A DNA stretch of 64,000 nucleotides from the NCBI GenBank assembly GCA_964577145.1, contig CAZNXM010000002.1:22601-86600 (forward strand). The letters run 5' to 3'. A program made the translations under genes and the position numbers. Positions within the stretch are counted from its first letter, which is position 1, and each line of letters opens with the position of its first letter. Shown here piece after piece: positions 30,889-40,054 of the stretch. The notes under the pieces are model-generated. The model was not told the DNA's origin and ran no database searches. It worked only from the letters and a program-made list of their open reading frames with translations. Source of the stretch: an uncultured Candidatus Poseidoniales archaeon (GTDB lineage Archaea > Thermoplasmatota > Poseidoniia > Poseidoniales > Poseidoniaceae).

Positions 30889-33411
30889 ATGGGTGAGCCG
30901 GAGCGTCGTATCAGTGGCCTTGGCTTACCCGGGAATTTAGTTCACTTTGTCAGTGATGATTGGGGAATTGAAAATTTGTACCCTCCTCAAGCCGAAGCGA
31001 TGACCTCGGTCTTATCTGGCCGTAATACCATGGTTTGTATTCCTACAGCGAGTGGCAAGAGTCTTGTGGCTTTCTTGGGAATCGCAAAGAGGCTACTAGT
31101 CGATGACATAGGTAGTAGAGCTGTATACATTGTTCCATTGAAGGCTTTGGCTAGCGAGAAGCAGGCAGAATTGAATGAGTTAGGGTCGGCTCTGGGACTC
31201 AAAGTAGGACTTGGGATCGGCGATGCCCCAGGAGAGGCAAGGAAAATAGATGATTGCGATATCCTTGTGTGCACCAGTGAAAAACTCGATTCATTAATGC
31301 GTAGTAAACCCGAGATTCTCGGCAAAGTTTCCGTTGTTGTTGCCGATGAGTTTCATTTGCTCAATGACTCCCATAGAGGGCCAACTATGGAAGTAAATTT
31401 GACTCGAGTGCGTCATTTACGACCCGAGGCACAGATTATTGCTCTTTCAGCAACTGTAGGAAATAGTCAGGATTTGGCAGATTGGTTAGAAGCAGATTTG
31501 ATAGTTTCATCATGGAGGCCGGTGAGTCTTGAATATTCGACTCTTGCCGAATTGGATTTGGAGCCACGTGCGCTTCAGAAGTCCGAGATGATTACCGATG
31601 GTGGTTCATTGAATCCCCCCCGGACACTCAATGGCCCAAAAAGCCACGTTGCTTGGTCTGTATTAGCTGATTCTTGGTCGGAGGGAGGGCAACTACTGGT
31701 CTTTGTTGGGACTAGAAGATCCGCCCAATCAGAAGCGCGAAAACTAGGGCAAAGAATGCAAAAACACCTACAAAAGAATGACCCTGAACGACTAATCTCC
31801 TTACGCAAGTTATCAGAAAGGTTGGGAAGAGGTTCAAATTCAAATGTGGGCGATGCACTGGCTGAATCGGTATTAGGCGGAGTTGCATTCCATCATGCCG
31901 GTCTACGGCATCAGCAGCGTTCCTTAATCGAAGAGGCATTCAAGGATAAGTCACTATTTTGTCTATGTGCTACTCCTACACTTGCAGCAGGAGTTAATCT
32001 TCCCGCTCGAAGAGTATTGGTCAGAGACCTCAAGCGGTACGAAGATGGAATGAGCCGCTTCCTTCCAGTAATGGAGGTAAGGCAAATGCTTGGAAGGGCT
32101 GGAAGACCACGATATGACACGAAAGGTGAGGCGTGGTTAGCATGTAAGGGAGGAGACCCTCGTGAAGCGGCAGATGAGGTGGCAGATAGGTACATACATG
32201 GGCCTATAGAAGACATTACTTCGAAGTTGGCGGCAGAGCCAGCAATGCGTGTTCATCTTCTTTCATCAATAGCTACTGGAGGATTAACTGAACGAGGAAA
32301 TATTGGAGATTTCTTTTCGAATACTTATCTAGGGCACACTCAACCAAATCAATTTCTTCAGGATAATATTGACAAGATGCTCAAGTGGTTGGTAGAGAAA
32401 CGTTTCATTCGAAGAAAGGTTCACGACCCAGACATTGAGGGCGATCATTGGGATGACAACTCCCCGGAGTGGGTAGATGCGGCAAAGAATGCTGGCGGAG
32501 TAAGTCTTTCAGAACCTCATTCAAGGCTAGAGCCTATGGAGGTGTCATTCGGTTTTACCCCTGCATCAACATTACCTTCTCGTACTCTCAGTATTGCTGG
32601 AATGGAGGCTGACACCAATGTCTACGAGGCTACAGCCATGGGTGAAAGGGTAGCCCAACTCTATGTTGACCCATTATCTGCAGATGTGATGATCGATGGA
32701 TTGCGGCGTTGTGTGAGGCGTCTAGTACGGAAAGATTTGCCAGTCACTCACTTCGGGTTATGTCATTTGGTTGCTGCAACTCCTGATTTCTTGCCATTTT
32801 GGGCAAAGGCGAGTGAGTTGGAAATGAATAGTATGCTTCGTCGTAAAGCGGCATTAGTCGAAGACGACCTTCTAATCGATTCACCACTCGAAGAGCGCGC
32901 TTTAGGTTTGGTCAAGAGTGCATGGTGTGCTGAAATGTGGTACGAGGAAGAAGGCCTGCGTATAATTGAGAAAGAAATTGGCGTGAGCCCTGGAGATGTT
33001 CATTCAAGAATCGATCTAATGACTTGGTTGCTATTAGCTGCTAGAGAAATTCTACTCAAAGATGACGTATTTGCCGAAGAGCATCAACCACAGGTTGCTG
33101 AATTGATGAGGCTAATCGACCTAACCCGAAGAAGAGTCAGAGCAGGATGCAAAGAAGATTTGTTGCAATTAGTACAAGTTCGAAACATTGGACGCACACG
33201 GGCACGAACTCTTGCAAAGAGAGGGATACGTACTCCTGCGGACCTATTACGATTAACAAATAAGGACTTAGATGCCATCAAATCATTGCGTGGTTGGGGT
33301 CCGGTAATGGTGGAGCGCATGATGGAAGAAGTGCGCAAATTAGCCGGTCAAGAAACCGTTGTACGGCAGAGAACCGACGACCTACCTCTCCCCGGAGAGC
33401 GTGATGATTGA
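30889..33411 (+). CDS. hel308: Hel308 / Ski2-like DNA helicase
   Basis: The ORF-track start (30709) overlaps the upstream minus-strand gene, so I use the ATG at 30889 (MGEPERR); 30853 is an alternative. It carries 'PTASGKS', 'VVADEFHLL', 'LSATVGN', 'AFHHAGL' and 'QMLGRAGRPRYD', and a C-terminal helix-hairpin-helix region 'IGRTRARTLAKRGI'. Confidence 0.85.
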   Translation: MGEPERRISGLGLPGNLVHFVSDDWGIENLYPPQAEAMTSVLSGRNTMVCIPTASGKSLVAFLGIAKRLLVDDIGSRAVYIVPLKALASEKQAELNELGSALGLKVGLGIGDAPGEARKIDDCDILVCTSEKLDSLMRSKPEILGKVSVVVADEFHLLNDSHRGPTMEVNLTRVRHLRPEAQIIALSATVGNSQDLADWLEADLIVSSWRPVSLEYSTLAELDLEPRALQKSEMITDGGSLNPPRTLNGPKSHVAWSVLADSWSEGGQLLVFVGTRRSAQSEARKLGQRMQKHLQKNDPERLISLRKLSERLGRGSNSNVGDALAESVLGGVAFHHAGLRHQQRSLIEEAFKDKSLFCLCATPTLAAGVNLPARRVLVRDLKRYEDGMSRFLPVMEVRQMLGRAGRPRYDTKGEAWLACKGGDPREAADEVADRYIHGPIEDITSKLAAEPAMRVHLLSSIATGGLTERGNIGDFFSNTYLGHTQPNQFLQDNIDKMLKWLVEKRFIRRKVHDPDIEGDHWDDNSPEWVDAAKNAGGVSLSEPHSRLEPMEVSFGFTPASTLPSRTLSIAGMEADTNVYEATAMGERVAQLYVDPLSADVMIDGLRRCVRRLVRKDLPVTHFGLCHLVAATPDFLPFWAKASELEMNSMLRRKAALVEDDLLIDSPLEERALGLVKSAWCAEMWYEEEGLRIIEKEIGVSPGDVHSRIDLMTWLLLAAREILLKDDVFAEEHQPQVAELMRLIDLTRRRVRAGCKEDLLQLVQVRNIGRTRARTLAKRGIRTPADLLRLTNKDLDAIKSLRGWGPVMVERMMEEVRKLAGQETVVRQRTDDLPLPGERDD

Positions 33412-33437
33412 AGAGGGATGGACAACTCGACCATCTG

Positions 33438-33923
33438 ATGGCAGCACCTGATTTCCCCTGCCGAAGGGTGTCCTTTTCGAGCCCGATTGAAAATTCAAGG
33501 GATATTATTGGCCATTGGCTCAAGATAAGGGAAGGTCCGGAATGGGTCTTATTGTCGGGAGAAGCTTTGGTCAGTGATGTACAATGTTGGGTCGCATATG
33601 AGGTATTACTCCGTAATCAAGAACGTGGTGTCATGAAATCAAACTCATTAGATGGGGAATTTCTTCGCTTGATATCGGGTACTCATCATATTTCTGAAGC
33701 ATTCCGCAGAGCAGGACTTGTTGACGGTGATACCAATGCATGGATGGTGCACCTCGGTGGAAATGCAGATTCAAATTTCTCTTCTCATGCAGAAGCAATG
33801 GGTCTTGAACTAACCGATGAGAGGCCATCGACTGAGTTGTCAGATTTCCGTCGCCTCGGAATAATTGAAGGCGAAGGAGAGGATGTGGCCATAGGCCACA
33901 TCCATCTTGCAGATTTGCGCTGA
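33438..33923 (+). CDS. cgi121: probable KEOPS subunit Cgi121
   Basis: 'LDGEFLRLISGTHHISEAFRRAGLVDGDTNAWMVHL' parallels archaeal Cgi121 (..EiL.r.sGqrqI.eAi...G.kdG....li). The size of about 160 aa fits. The ORF-track start at 33408 is a TTG overlapping the hel308 stop, and the ATG at 33438 is more plausible. Confidence 0.5.
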   Translation: MAAPDFPCRRVSFSSPIENSRDIIGHWLKIREGPEWVLLSGEALVSDVQCWVAYEVLLRNQERGVMKSNSLDGEFLRLISGTHHISEAFRRAGLVDGDTNAWMVHLGGNADSNFSSHAEAMGLELTDERPSTELSDFRRLGIIEGEGEDVAIGHIHLADLR

Positions 33924-33965
33924 GCAAACACAGTATTCAAGGAGCCCCGCTTCTGAGGGTGTTTC

Positions 33966-35408
33966 ATGGTGGTCAGTGCGAATCCGGCTGGTAAGGTCAT
34001 GGAATCGACTGGAAGACTGCTAGATGTAGACAAAATGACTCGTGCACTGGACCTCGCTACGAGCCTTGGTGCAACATATGCCGAGATTCGTTTGGTTAGT
34101 GAGACAACAAATTCTGCCTCACTCAAAGATGGTAAATTGGAAAGAGCAATTCCTGGCCAAGAGATAGGTGTGACACTTCGCATCTTAGCAGATGGAGCGT
34201 GGGGTGTACATTCTACTAGTGACATCAGTTCAATTTCCGATCAAATAGAATCGACAACACGACTTGCTCGTGCGGTTGCAGCACGGCATTCATCATCCTC
34301 AGATGCAATTGCATTAGCCGAGGTGCCAATCATTCAGGACGAGGTGCATTGGCGCAGTGTAAAAGACGTCAGAGATACCGATTTAGACACACGAATCGAA
34401 ATGATGACTGCAATTGATGCTGAGGCTAAAGATGATGATAGAATCGTTGCAACATCAACCGGATGGTTGGATGAGCACATCCAAACCGAGTTACTTACCA
34501 GTGAAGGAATGGACCGTGTGTGGTCATTCCAACGTTCTCTAATCAACGGCATGGTTACTGCAAGAGAGGATTCTGATGTCGTATCTTACAGGATGAGAAA
34601 TGGCGGTGAAGGTGGGCTCGAGGTTATCGAAAAGGCCGACTTAGGTGCAATGGGGCGCGAAGCACGCCTCTCCGCAATCAGACTTCTATCTGCTGAAAGA
34701 GCCCCATCAGGAAAGATGCCTCTTGTAGCAGACCGAGACCTAACTGGAGTATACATTCACGAAGCACTTGGACATCCATGTGAGGCAGATTTAGTTCAGG
34801 CAGGAGATTCTTGTCTTGAAGGTAAATTGGGACAAAAGATAGGTTCGGACATGGTTACTGTGGTCGATGATCCGACAATGCGTGGCGGTTATGGCTGCTA
34901 CCCGATTGATGATGAGGGAGTCGATACTCGTGAAAAGAGATTAATCGTGAATGGTGTACTGACCGAGTACCTCAATCATCGTGAGACTGCTCACAAATTT
35001 TCTCTTGAGCCAAATGGCGCAGCAAGAGCCCAAGATGGGCTACATCACCCTCTGGTTAGGATGTCAAATACAGTAATCAAAGGTGGAACTCACAACGACC
35101 TCGATGAATTGATTGAAGATATTGAACATGGCATATACGCTTGCGGTAGCCGTGGCGGCCAAGTTGACACCGGCCGAGGCTCATTCCAATTTGCAGCCCA
35201 AGAAGCATGGCTAATAGAAAACGGCTCGATAACGCGACCGGTGAAGGATGTAAGCGTCAGTGGGATGACATTGCAGATTCTCAAAGACGTGGATGGTCTG
35301 ACCAAGGATGCAAGACTTGCAGCACCTGGTTTCTGTGGTAAGGGCCAGACGGTTCCTGTGGGTGATGGCGGTCCACTGATGAGGATTCGCGAAGCCTTGG
35401 TGGGATGA
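33966..35408 (+). CDS. tldD: TldD-family metalloprotease
   Basis: Carries the 'IHEALGHPCEAD' (HExxxH...E) motif and 'GSFQF...GMTLQIL'. There is a 4-nt overlap with the following pmbA-like gene. Confidence 0.85.
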   Translation: MVVSANPAGKVMESTGRLLDVDKMTRALDLATSLGATYAEIRLVSETTNSASLKDGKLERAIPGQEIGVTLRILADGAWGVHSTSDISSISDQIESTTRLARAVAARHSSSSDAIALAEVPIIQDEVHWRSVKDVRDTDLDTRIEMMTAIDAEAKDDDRIVATSTGWLDEHIQTELLTSEGMDRVWSFQRSLINGMVTAREDSDVVSYRMRNGGEGGLEVIEKADLGAMGREARLSAIRLLSAERAPSGKMPLVADRDLTGVYIHEALGHPCEADLVQAGDSCLEGKLGQKIGSDMVTVVDDPTMRGGYGCYPIDDEGVDTREKRLIVNGVLTEYLNHRETAHKFSLEPNGAARAQDGLHHPLVRMSNTVIKGGTHNDLDELIEDIEHGIYACGSRGGQVDTGRGSFQFAAQEAWLIENGSITRPVKDVSVSGMTLQILKDVDGLTKDARLAAPGFCGKGQTVPVGDGGPLMRIREALVG

Positions 35409-36811
35409 TTATGATTCCAGACGACGCTGTGGAAAGGCTCCTTGAGTCATGCGCCTCAATCGGAACGGCTTGTGAAGCTGCAGGCATTTCTAGTTGGGAG
35501 GTATATGCAAACCAAGGCTATGGTCATTCATTGGATTTCGAGGCAGGACGAATCTCAATGGCATCCGGTGGAGGCGATGGTGGATTCGGTCTTCGCGTAG
35601 TCGAGGATGGACGCTATGGATACGCTCACTTAGTCGATCCAAGAGGTGCGGCAAGAGCTATTTCAGAAGCAATAGGAATCGCACGAAGGTCTCCATCAAT
35701 ACCGGGCTTTGAATTACCTGCTTCAGAAGACTCAAAATCGGTTGGTGGAATGCTTGACAAGAGGATTCTCGACATAGGTCCAGAGGAATTGTTGAATCAA
35801 GGTGACCAAGTACTTGCTCGAGTTGCTGAGTTGGATTCACGCGCCGTAGCAGTAGGGGGTGGAATCGGTGTTGGAGCAACAGCAGGAGCGATTCTAACCA
35901 GCAATGGTATCGAAGATGGCGGCATCTTCAGTTCCCATGGAATTGGTGTACACATCTCCATAGATGAAGACGACCAACTAACTTCATCCTACGAGGGTGA
36001 TTCTTCACGCAAGTTGCTTGAGGACCCATTAGCCTCAGTCGATAAAGCGATTCATTGGTCGCAGATTACCCGTGACAAAGTACCGGGGGGCGAAACAGAG
36101 GATTGCCCGGTGTTGATGACAAGTGATGGATTTGCGCCTTTGTTTTCCATGGTAGTTCCTACTGCCGTAAAGGGTGAAAGGATGGTTCGAGGAGAATCCC
36201 TGTGGGCTGGAATGCTTGGACAACAGGTACTGGCTCCGCATCTCAGTCTGGTCGACGACCGTCGAATGGAAGGAGGCACTTCCTCAGGTTCTCGCGATGG
36301 AGAAGGAGTTCCAACCTCGACAAGAACACTAGTCGACTCAGGACGGCTTCTCGATCAAATTTGGTCCACCCGTGACGCTGCACAACAAGTAGCAGAAGGA
36401 AGAATCGATTCCGCTGCTTCAACGGGTTCAGCATCAAGAGGAGGTCATACGTCTCCACCAGGTTGTGGTTGTGGCGACATGATTCTGTCCTCCAGTGATA
36501 AAGTGATGTCACGTGATGACTTAATCGAAGAGATGGGTGAGGGCTATGTCATTCATTCAGTAATGGGCGCACATACAGCCAATCCGACTAGCGGTGACTT
36601 TTCAGTAACCACATCGACGATACTTCGCGTCGAAGGAGGACAAGTAGTAGGAGCTCTTTCGCAAGCGGGGTTCTCTGGTAATATGGCAAAGGCGCTGAGA
36701 GGCAAGGTAATCCTCGGAAATCAAAGGTCAAAACAAGGGTCATATTCCTCTGGTTCGATGCATGTTCCTGATGTATTATTGATGGATGGGCTCCGAGTAA
36801 ATCCTGCTTGA
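35405..36811 (+). CDS. pmbA: PmbA/TldE-family protein (TldD partner)
   Basis: Belongs to the TldD/PmbA fold family without the HExxxH motif. It has 'ANPTSGDFSV' near the C-terminus and is translationally coupled to tldD. Confidence 0.8.
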   Translation: MIMIPDDAVERLLESCASIGTACEAAGISSWEVYANQGYGHSLDFEAGRISMASGGGDGGFGLRVVEDGRYGYAHLVDPRGAARAISEAIGIARRSPSIPGFELPASEDSKSVGGMLDKRILDIGPEELLNQGDQVLARVAELDSRAVAVGGGIGVGATAGAILTSNGIEDGGIFSSHGIGVHISIDEDDQLTSSYEGDSSRKLLEDPLASVDKAIHWSQITRDKVPGGETEDCPVLMTSDGFAPLFSMVVPTAVKGERMVRGESLWAGMLGQQVLAPHLSLVDDRRMEGGTSSGSRDGEGVPTSTRTLVDSGRLLDQIWSTRDAAQQVAEGRIDSAASTGSASRGGHTSPPGCGCGDMILSSSDKVMSRDDLIEEMGEGYVIHSVMGAHTANPTSGDFSVTTSTILRVEGGQVVGALSQAGFSGNMAKALRGKVILGNQRSKQGSYSSGSMHVPDVLLMDGLRVNPA

Positions 36812-36940
36812 AGCACGTACGCACACGCAAGAAGTGAGCGTTTCTTTCCGAATCCTTCATGAGCCCTCGCCATCCACCGTTAGGTCTACGGAGGAGAAGG
36901 TAGTGTACATACTCAACCAGCCAACACGCAGTCCCGAACT

Positions 36941-36956
36941 CCCGTCCTTCGACGGG
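36941..36956 (+). other. short GC-rich stem-loop in the 168-bp leader/intergenic region upstream of the RPA operon
   Basis: cccgtc-cttc-gacggg is a 6-bp perfect stem lying 24 nt upstream of the GTG start at 36980. Confidence 0.3.
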
Positions 36957-36979
36957 TCAGAAAATGAAGACCGGTCGAG

Positions 36980-38692
36980 GTGGGTAATTTGACTTCGGAC
37001 TACGAGACGTATGTCCAGCAAGTACTCGCAGAAGTACCGGGGGCCGATCCGGCCAAAATCACCGATGCATTCGTTCGTTACGAGAAGGATTTCTTGATAC
37101 CACCAGCAGATGCACTTCGCTCGGTTCTTCGTCGATTCCAAGGAGAGCATGGAATCGTTGAGACCAAGTCTAAATCTACAGGAGGTAGTGGTCAACGTAG
37201 TGCTCCTCCGGTAAAGAAAGTTGAGAAATTATCTGAACTGAGTGCTGATGACAAAAATGTCGAAATCGAAGTTGAGATTGCGACACATAACCCTAGAACC
37301 ACAATGGTAAGAGGCGAAGAAAAAGTAGTTCCATATGGTCTCCTTGAAGACCAACCTCGTTCAAATTCAGGAGATCGAACTCGCTGGGAATACAAAGATT
37401 GGGGCAATAGCCCTAATCTCGCTCCGGGAGCGATTGTCCGAATAGAAGGTGCATCGGTTAACGAATACCAAGGTCGAATGAGTTTGAATATCAATCAATC
37501 TACTAGAGTAGTAGTCCTCGAAAAGGGTACACGTACCGTTTTCAAGCCAGGGGAGCCTACTGATATCAACCTCATCAAGAACGATGGCCAAATCACTGTT
37601 GTTGGACGTTTGCTCGCTAGTCGTAAAGATGTAATCAACCGCAGAGATGGAAGCGGTACAATCGATGTAGTGAGAGGAAGAATCGCAGATGGTACCGGTG
37701 CTATTGGTTTCCTTTCTTGGGAATCCTTCGACCATGAAGTTGGGTCACTAATAAAAATTGAAAATGCACAGGTCCGCACATTCAGGGATACTCCTGAAAT
37801 CAATATTGGGTCCTCCACTCGAGTCGAGATATTCCACGATACAAATTTTGCTTCCTCAGATGAGTTGAGTGCACAGGCGGTATCAAAGATTGAGGACTTG
37901 AGAGATGGTTCGAGAGATGTCGACATTATTGTAGAAGTTCAGAAGATGATTAAACGCACATTCAAGGGTTCAGAGGGTGAGGAAAAGCATGTCTGGTCAG
38001 GAGATGTAGCAGACCCAACAGGTCGTTGCCGTTGCTCGATTTGGTCTGAACCTCCTTTCGATCTAGACTCACTTCCAATAGTATTGCGTCTTAGCTCTGT
38101 AAGAGTGAGAGCATGGCAGGGAATTCCTGATATCACAATCGATGGTGAGGAGCAAATTGAGATTCTTGCAGCAGCTCCATGGGGTGACGACATAGACCTC
38201 ACCGACAATACAGTAGAGGTTTCCCTACCTGATTTGGTAGGAGGCCCAAGTCGTGTTGGAATCTCCACCACTGGTACAGTGGTTTCAGTTCGCGAGGATT
38301 GTGGAATCATCACACGCTGTAGCGAATGTCGAAGAGTTCTACGCGATGGAGAATGCGCGACACATGGCGCACAAGATGGAGAAAACGATGTCAGAATGCG
38401 TCTAGTCCTCGATGACGGAGGTGCAACGATTTCTCTAATCATCAACAAGGAAGGCGTCCTTTCACTATTGGGTAAGGACCAGAAGCAGATTCAGAATATG
38501 ATAAGGGATGATGGGCAGATGGTCTTCGTCCAAGGTCTGCGTGAGCAATTCCTCGGCCGCAAGATGAATGCAAGCGGGCGTACAATTGTCGATGACCAGG
38601 GTGCTATGCTACTCGCTGATGATGCAGAAGTCATCGAAGTTGACGCTGGACTCATTGCGACTGAACTCAGAACTCGATGGGGGGTGGCATGA
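36980..38692 (+). CDS. rpa: replication protein A large subunit (multi-OB-fold ssDNA-binding protein with zinc finger)
   Basis: GTG start with no in-frame ATG nearby. Several OB-like units are present ('VEIEVEIATHNPRT...', 'ITVVGRLLASR...GRIADGTGAIGFLSWE', 'VDIIVEVQKM...GDVADPTGRCRCSIW'), plus the zinc knuckle 'CSECRRVLRDGECATHG'. Confidence 0.8.
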   Translation: MGNLTSDYETYVQQVLAEVPGADPAKITDAFVRYEKDFLIPPADALRSVLRRFQGEHGIVETKSKSTGGSGQRSAPPVKKVEKLSELSADDKNVEIEVEIATHNPRTTMVRGEEKVVPYGLLEDQPRSNSGDRTRWEYKDWGNSPNLAPGAIVRIEGASVNEYQGRMSLNINQSTRVVVLEKGTRTVFKPGEPTDINLIKNDGQITVVGRLLASRKDVINRRDGSGTIDVVRGRIADGTGAIGFLSWESFDHEVGSLIKIENAQVRTFRDTPEINIGSSTRVEIFHDTNFASSDELSAQAVSKIEDLRDGSRDVDIIVEVQKMIKRTFKGSEGEEKHVWSGDVADPTGRCRCSIWSEPPFDLDSLPIVLRLSSVRVRAWQGIPDITIDGEEQIEILAAAPWGDDIDLTDNTVEVSLPDLVGGPSRVGISTTGTVVSVREDCGIITRCSECRRVLRDGECATHGAQDGENDVRMRLVLDDGGATISLIINKEGVLSLLGKDQKQIQNMIRDDGQMVFVQGLREQFLGRKMNASGRTIVDDQGAMLLADDAEVIEVDAGLIATELRTRWGVA

Positions 38693-39627
38693 TGCAGGCA
38701 ACAAGACGAGCACGTCGACAACCAGCATGGCCAATGCTCGCATCTGAGTTTGGAGATTCCACCTTGCATGAGCAAGGTTCAGGTGAATTTGATCCACTAT
38801 TCGTAATCACCAAATTAGGAGCTAAAGTGAATCGACTTCTAGTCGCAGGGCTTCTTGAGAGGATTGAGCCAAGAGAGACTTCCAATGGCTCTACACTTTG
38901 GCAAGGACAACTAAGGGACCCTTCAGGTCTGCATTATTTCTCTGTGGGAGATTATGCTTCAGAGTCTATGAAGGAATTGGTTGTGCAATTATCGGCTCGT
39001 GCTGAACAAGGGGAGACAATCATGCTGATAATGACTGCAAAGGGACGATACTTCCAGTCGGAAGAGGGCTCTGTTTACACGAGCCTAAGGCCTGAAGAAG
39101 CAGCAGAAATCTCTCGTGGATCCTACCGCCAATGGCTGGTAGAAGCATGTGGAGGGATGCTTGAGAGGATGGATGCGCATTCCAAATCACAATCTCTTGA
39201 TTCTACTGAAGATGCCTATCTCAGTGGAGGGATTCCTAAACATCTGTGCAATGGTCTACTGCTAGCGAAGGCCCATTATGGTGAAATCGACGTTGAATCA
39301 TACCGACTCAATATCCTTCAAGCGCTTGATATTGCCGAAGATAGAGTCGTTTCATCGGTACCAGTAGCTTCCAAAGCCGTGGAAACACTTGACTTGGAAT
39401 CCGAGGAAGAAGTCAAATCAAGTGATGATGCACCTAATATGAAAGAGACGATTTTGGGCTTAATCGATAGACTGGACAAAGGAGAAGGTGTAGATTTCAA
39501 TAATATTCTTTCCAATGCAACCGCACGCGGAATCGATAGAGATGCTGCTGAGGGTGCTTTAGATGAATTATCCGAAGAGGGTAGTGTGCACGAACCAAGA
39601 TTCGGTTGGTTCAAGCGTACTGTTTGA
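38677..39627 (+). CDS. RPA32-like / RPA-associated OB-fold subunit with C-terminal winged-helix-like domain
   Basis: Overlaps the stop of the large RPA gene, with alternative ATGs at 38689 and 38692. The OB-like core is 'FVITKLGAKVNRLLVAGLLERIEPRETSNGSTLWQGQLRDPSGLHYFSVG'. The C-terminal 'GVDFNNILSNATARGIDRDAAEGALDELSEEGSVHEPRFGWFK' is wHTH-like. Confidence 0.6.
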   Translation: MGGGMMQATRRARRQPAWPMLASEFGDSTLHEQGSGEFDPLFVITKLGAKVNRLLVAGLLERIEPRETSNGSTLWQGQLRDPSGLHYFSVGDYASESMKELVVQLSARAEQGETIMLIMTAKGRYFQSEEGSVYTSLRPEEAAEISRGSYRQWLVEACGGMLERMDAHSKSQSLDSTEDAYLSGGIPKHLCNGLLLAKAHYGEIDVESYRLNILQALDIAEDRVVSSVPVASKAVETLDLESEEEVKSSDDAPNMKETILGLIDRLDKGEGVDFNNILSNATARGIDRDAAEGALDELSEEGSVHEPRFGWFKRTV

Positions 39628-39690
39628 ATAAAGCATGTCCAACAGGTTCAAGGCCCATTCGCGTCCTCGTAAGGACACAGGGTGAGAGTC

Positions 39691-40044
39691 ATGGCAGGAA
39701 GCGATTTTTTTATTCGACCAGCAAGTGGTACTACGAGTACCGATTGGTTAAGGATACCAGACGTTGACATTAGCGTAAGTATTTCGAGAAGAGTAACCAG
39801 AACAGTACTACATGGTGGCGAAGGCGACGACCTTGTTGATGAAGGCGCTGAGTCGGCGGTTTATACCGTGAAAGGCGAGATGGGAATTGACGAATACAAG
39901 AAGGTTCTTTCAATGTTCAGGTCAGGCCAACCTTACATCCACGATCCATTCGAAGAGAGGGATGTAAAGACTGTTTTCAGCAACATGGAATATGATGGCG
40001 CACAGAAGTTATTTGTTTTTGAATTCATAGAGGATATCCGCTGA
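39691..40044 (+). CDS. small beta-rich protein of unknown function (117 aa)
   Basis: The ORF track starts at GTG 39682, and the ATG at 39691 gives MAGSDFFIRP. I recognise no motif. It ends 10 nt upstream of the first platform gene and begins 63 nt after RPA32. Confidence 0.4.
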   Translation: MAGSDFFIRPASGTTSTDWLRIPDVDISVSISRRVTRTVLHGGEGDDLVDEGAESAVYTVKGEMGIDEYKKVLSMFRSGQPYIHDPFEERDVKTVFSNMEYDGAQKLFVFEFIEDIR

Positions 40045-40054
40045 GGTCGATTGA

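Noticed and set aside
36857-37195. A 112-aa minus-strand ORF spanning the RPA leader and the RPA 5' end.
   Set aside because: It overlaps the strongly supported RPA coding region by more than 200 nt and has no recognisable motif and no start context. The leader is better explained as a UTR/promoter with a stem-loop.
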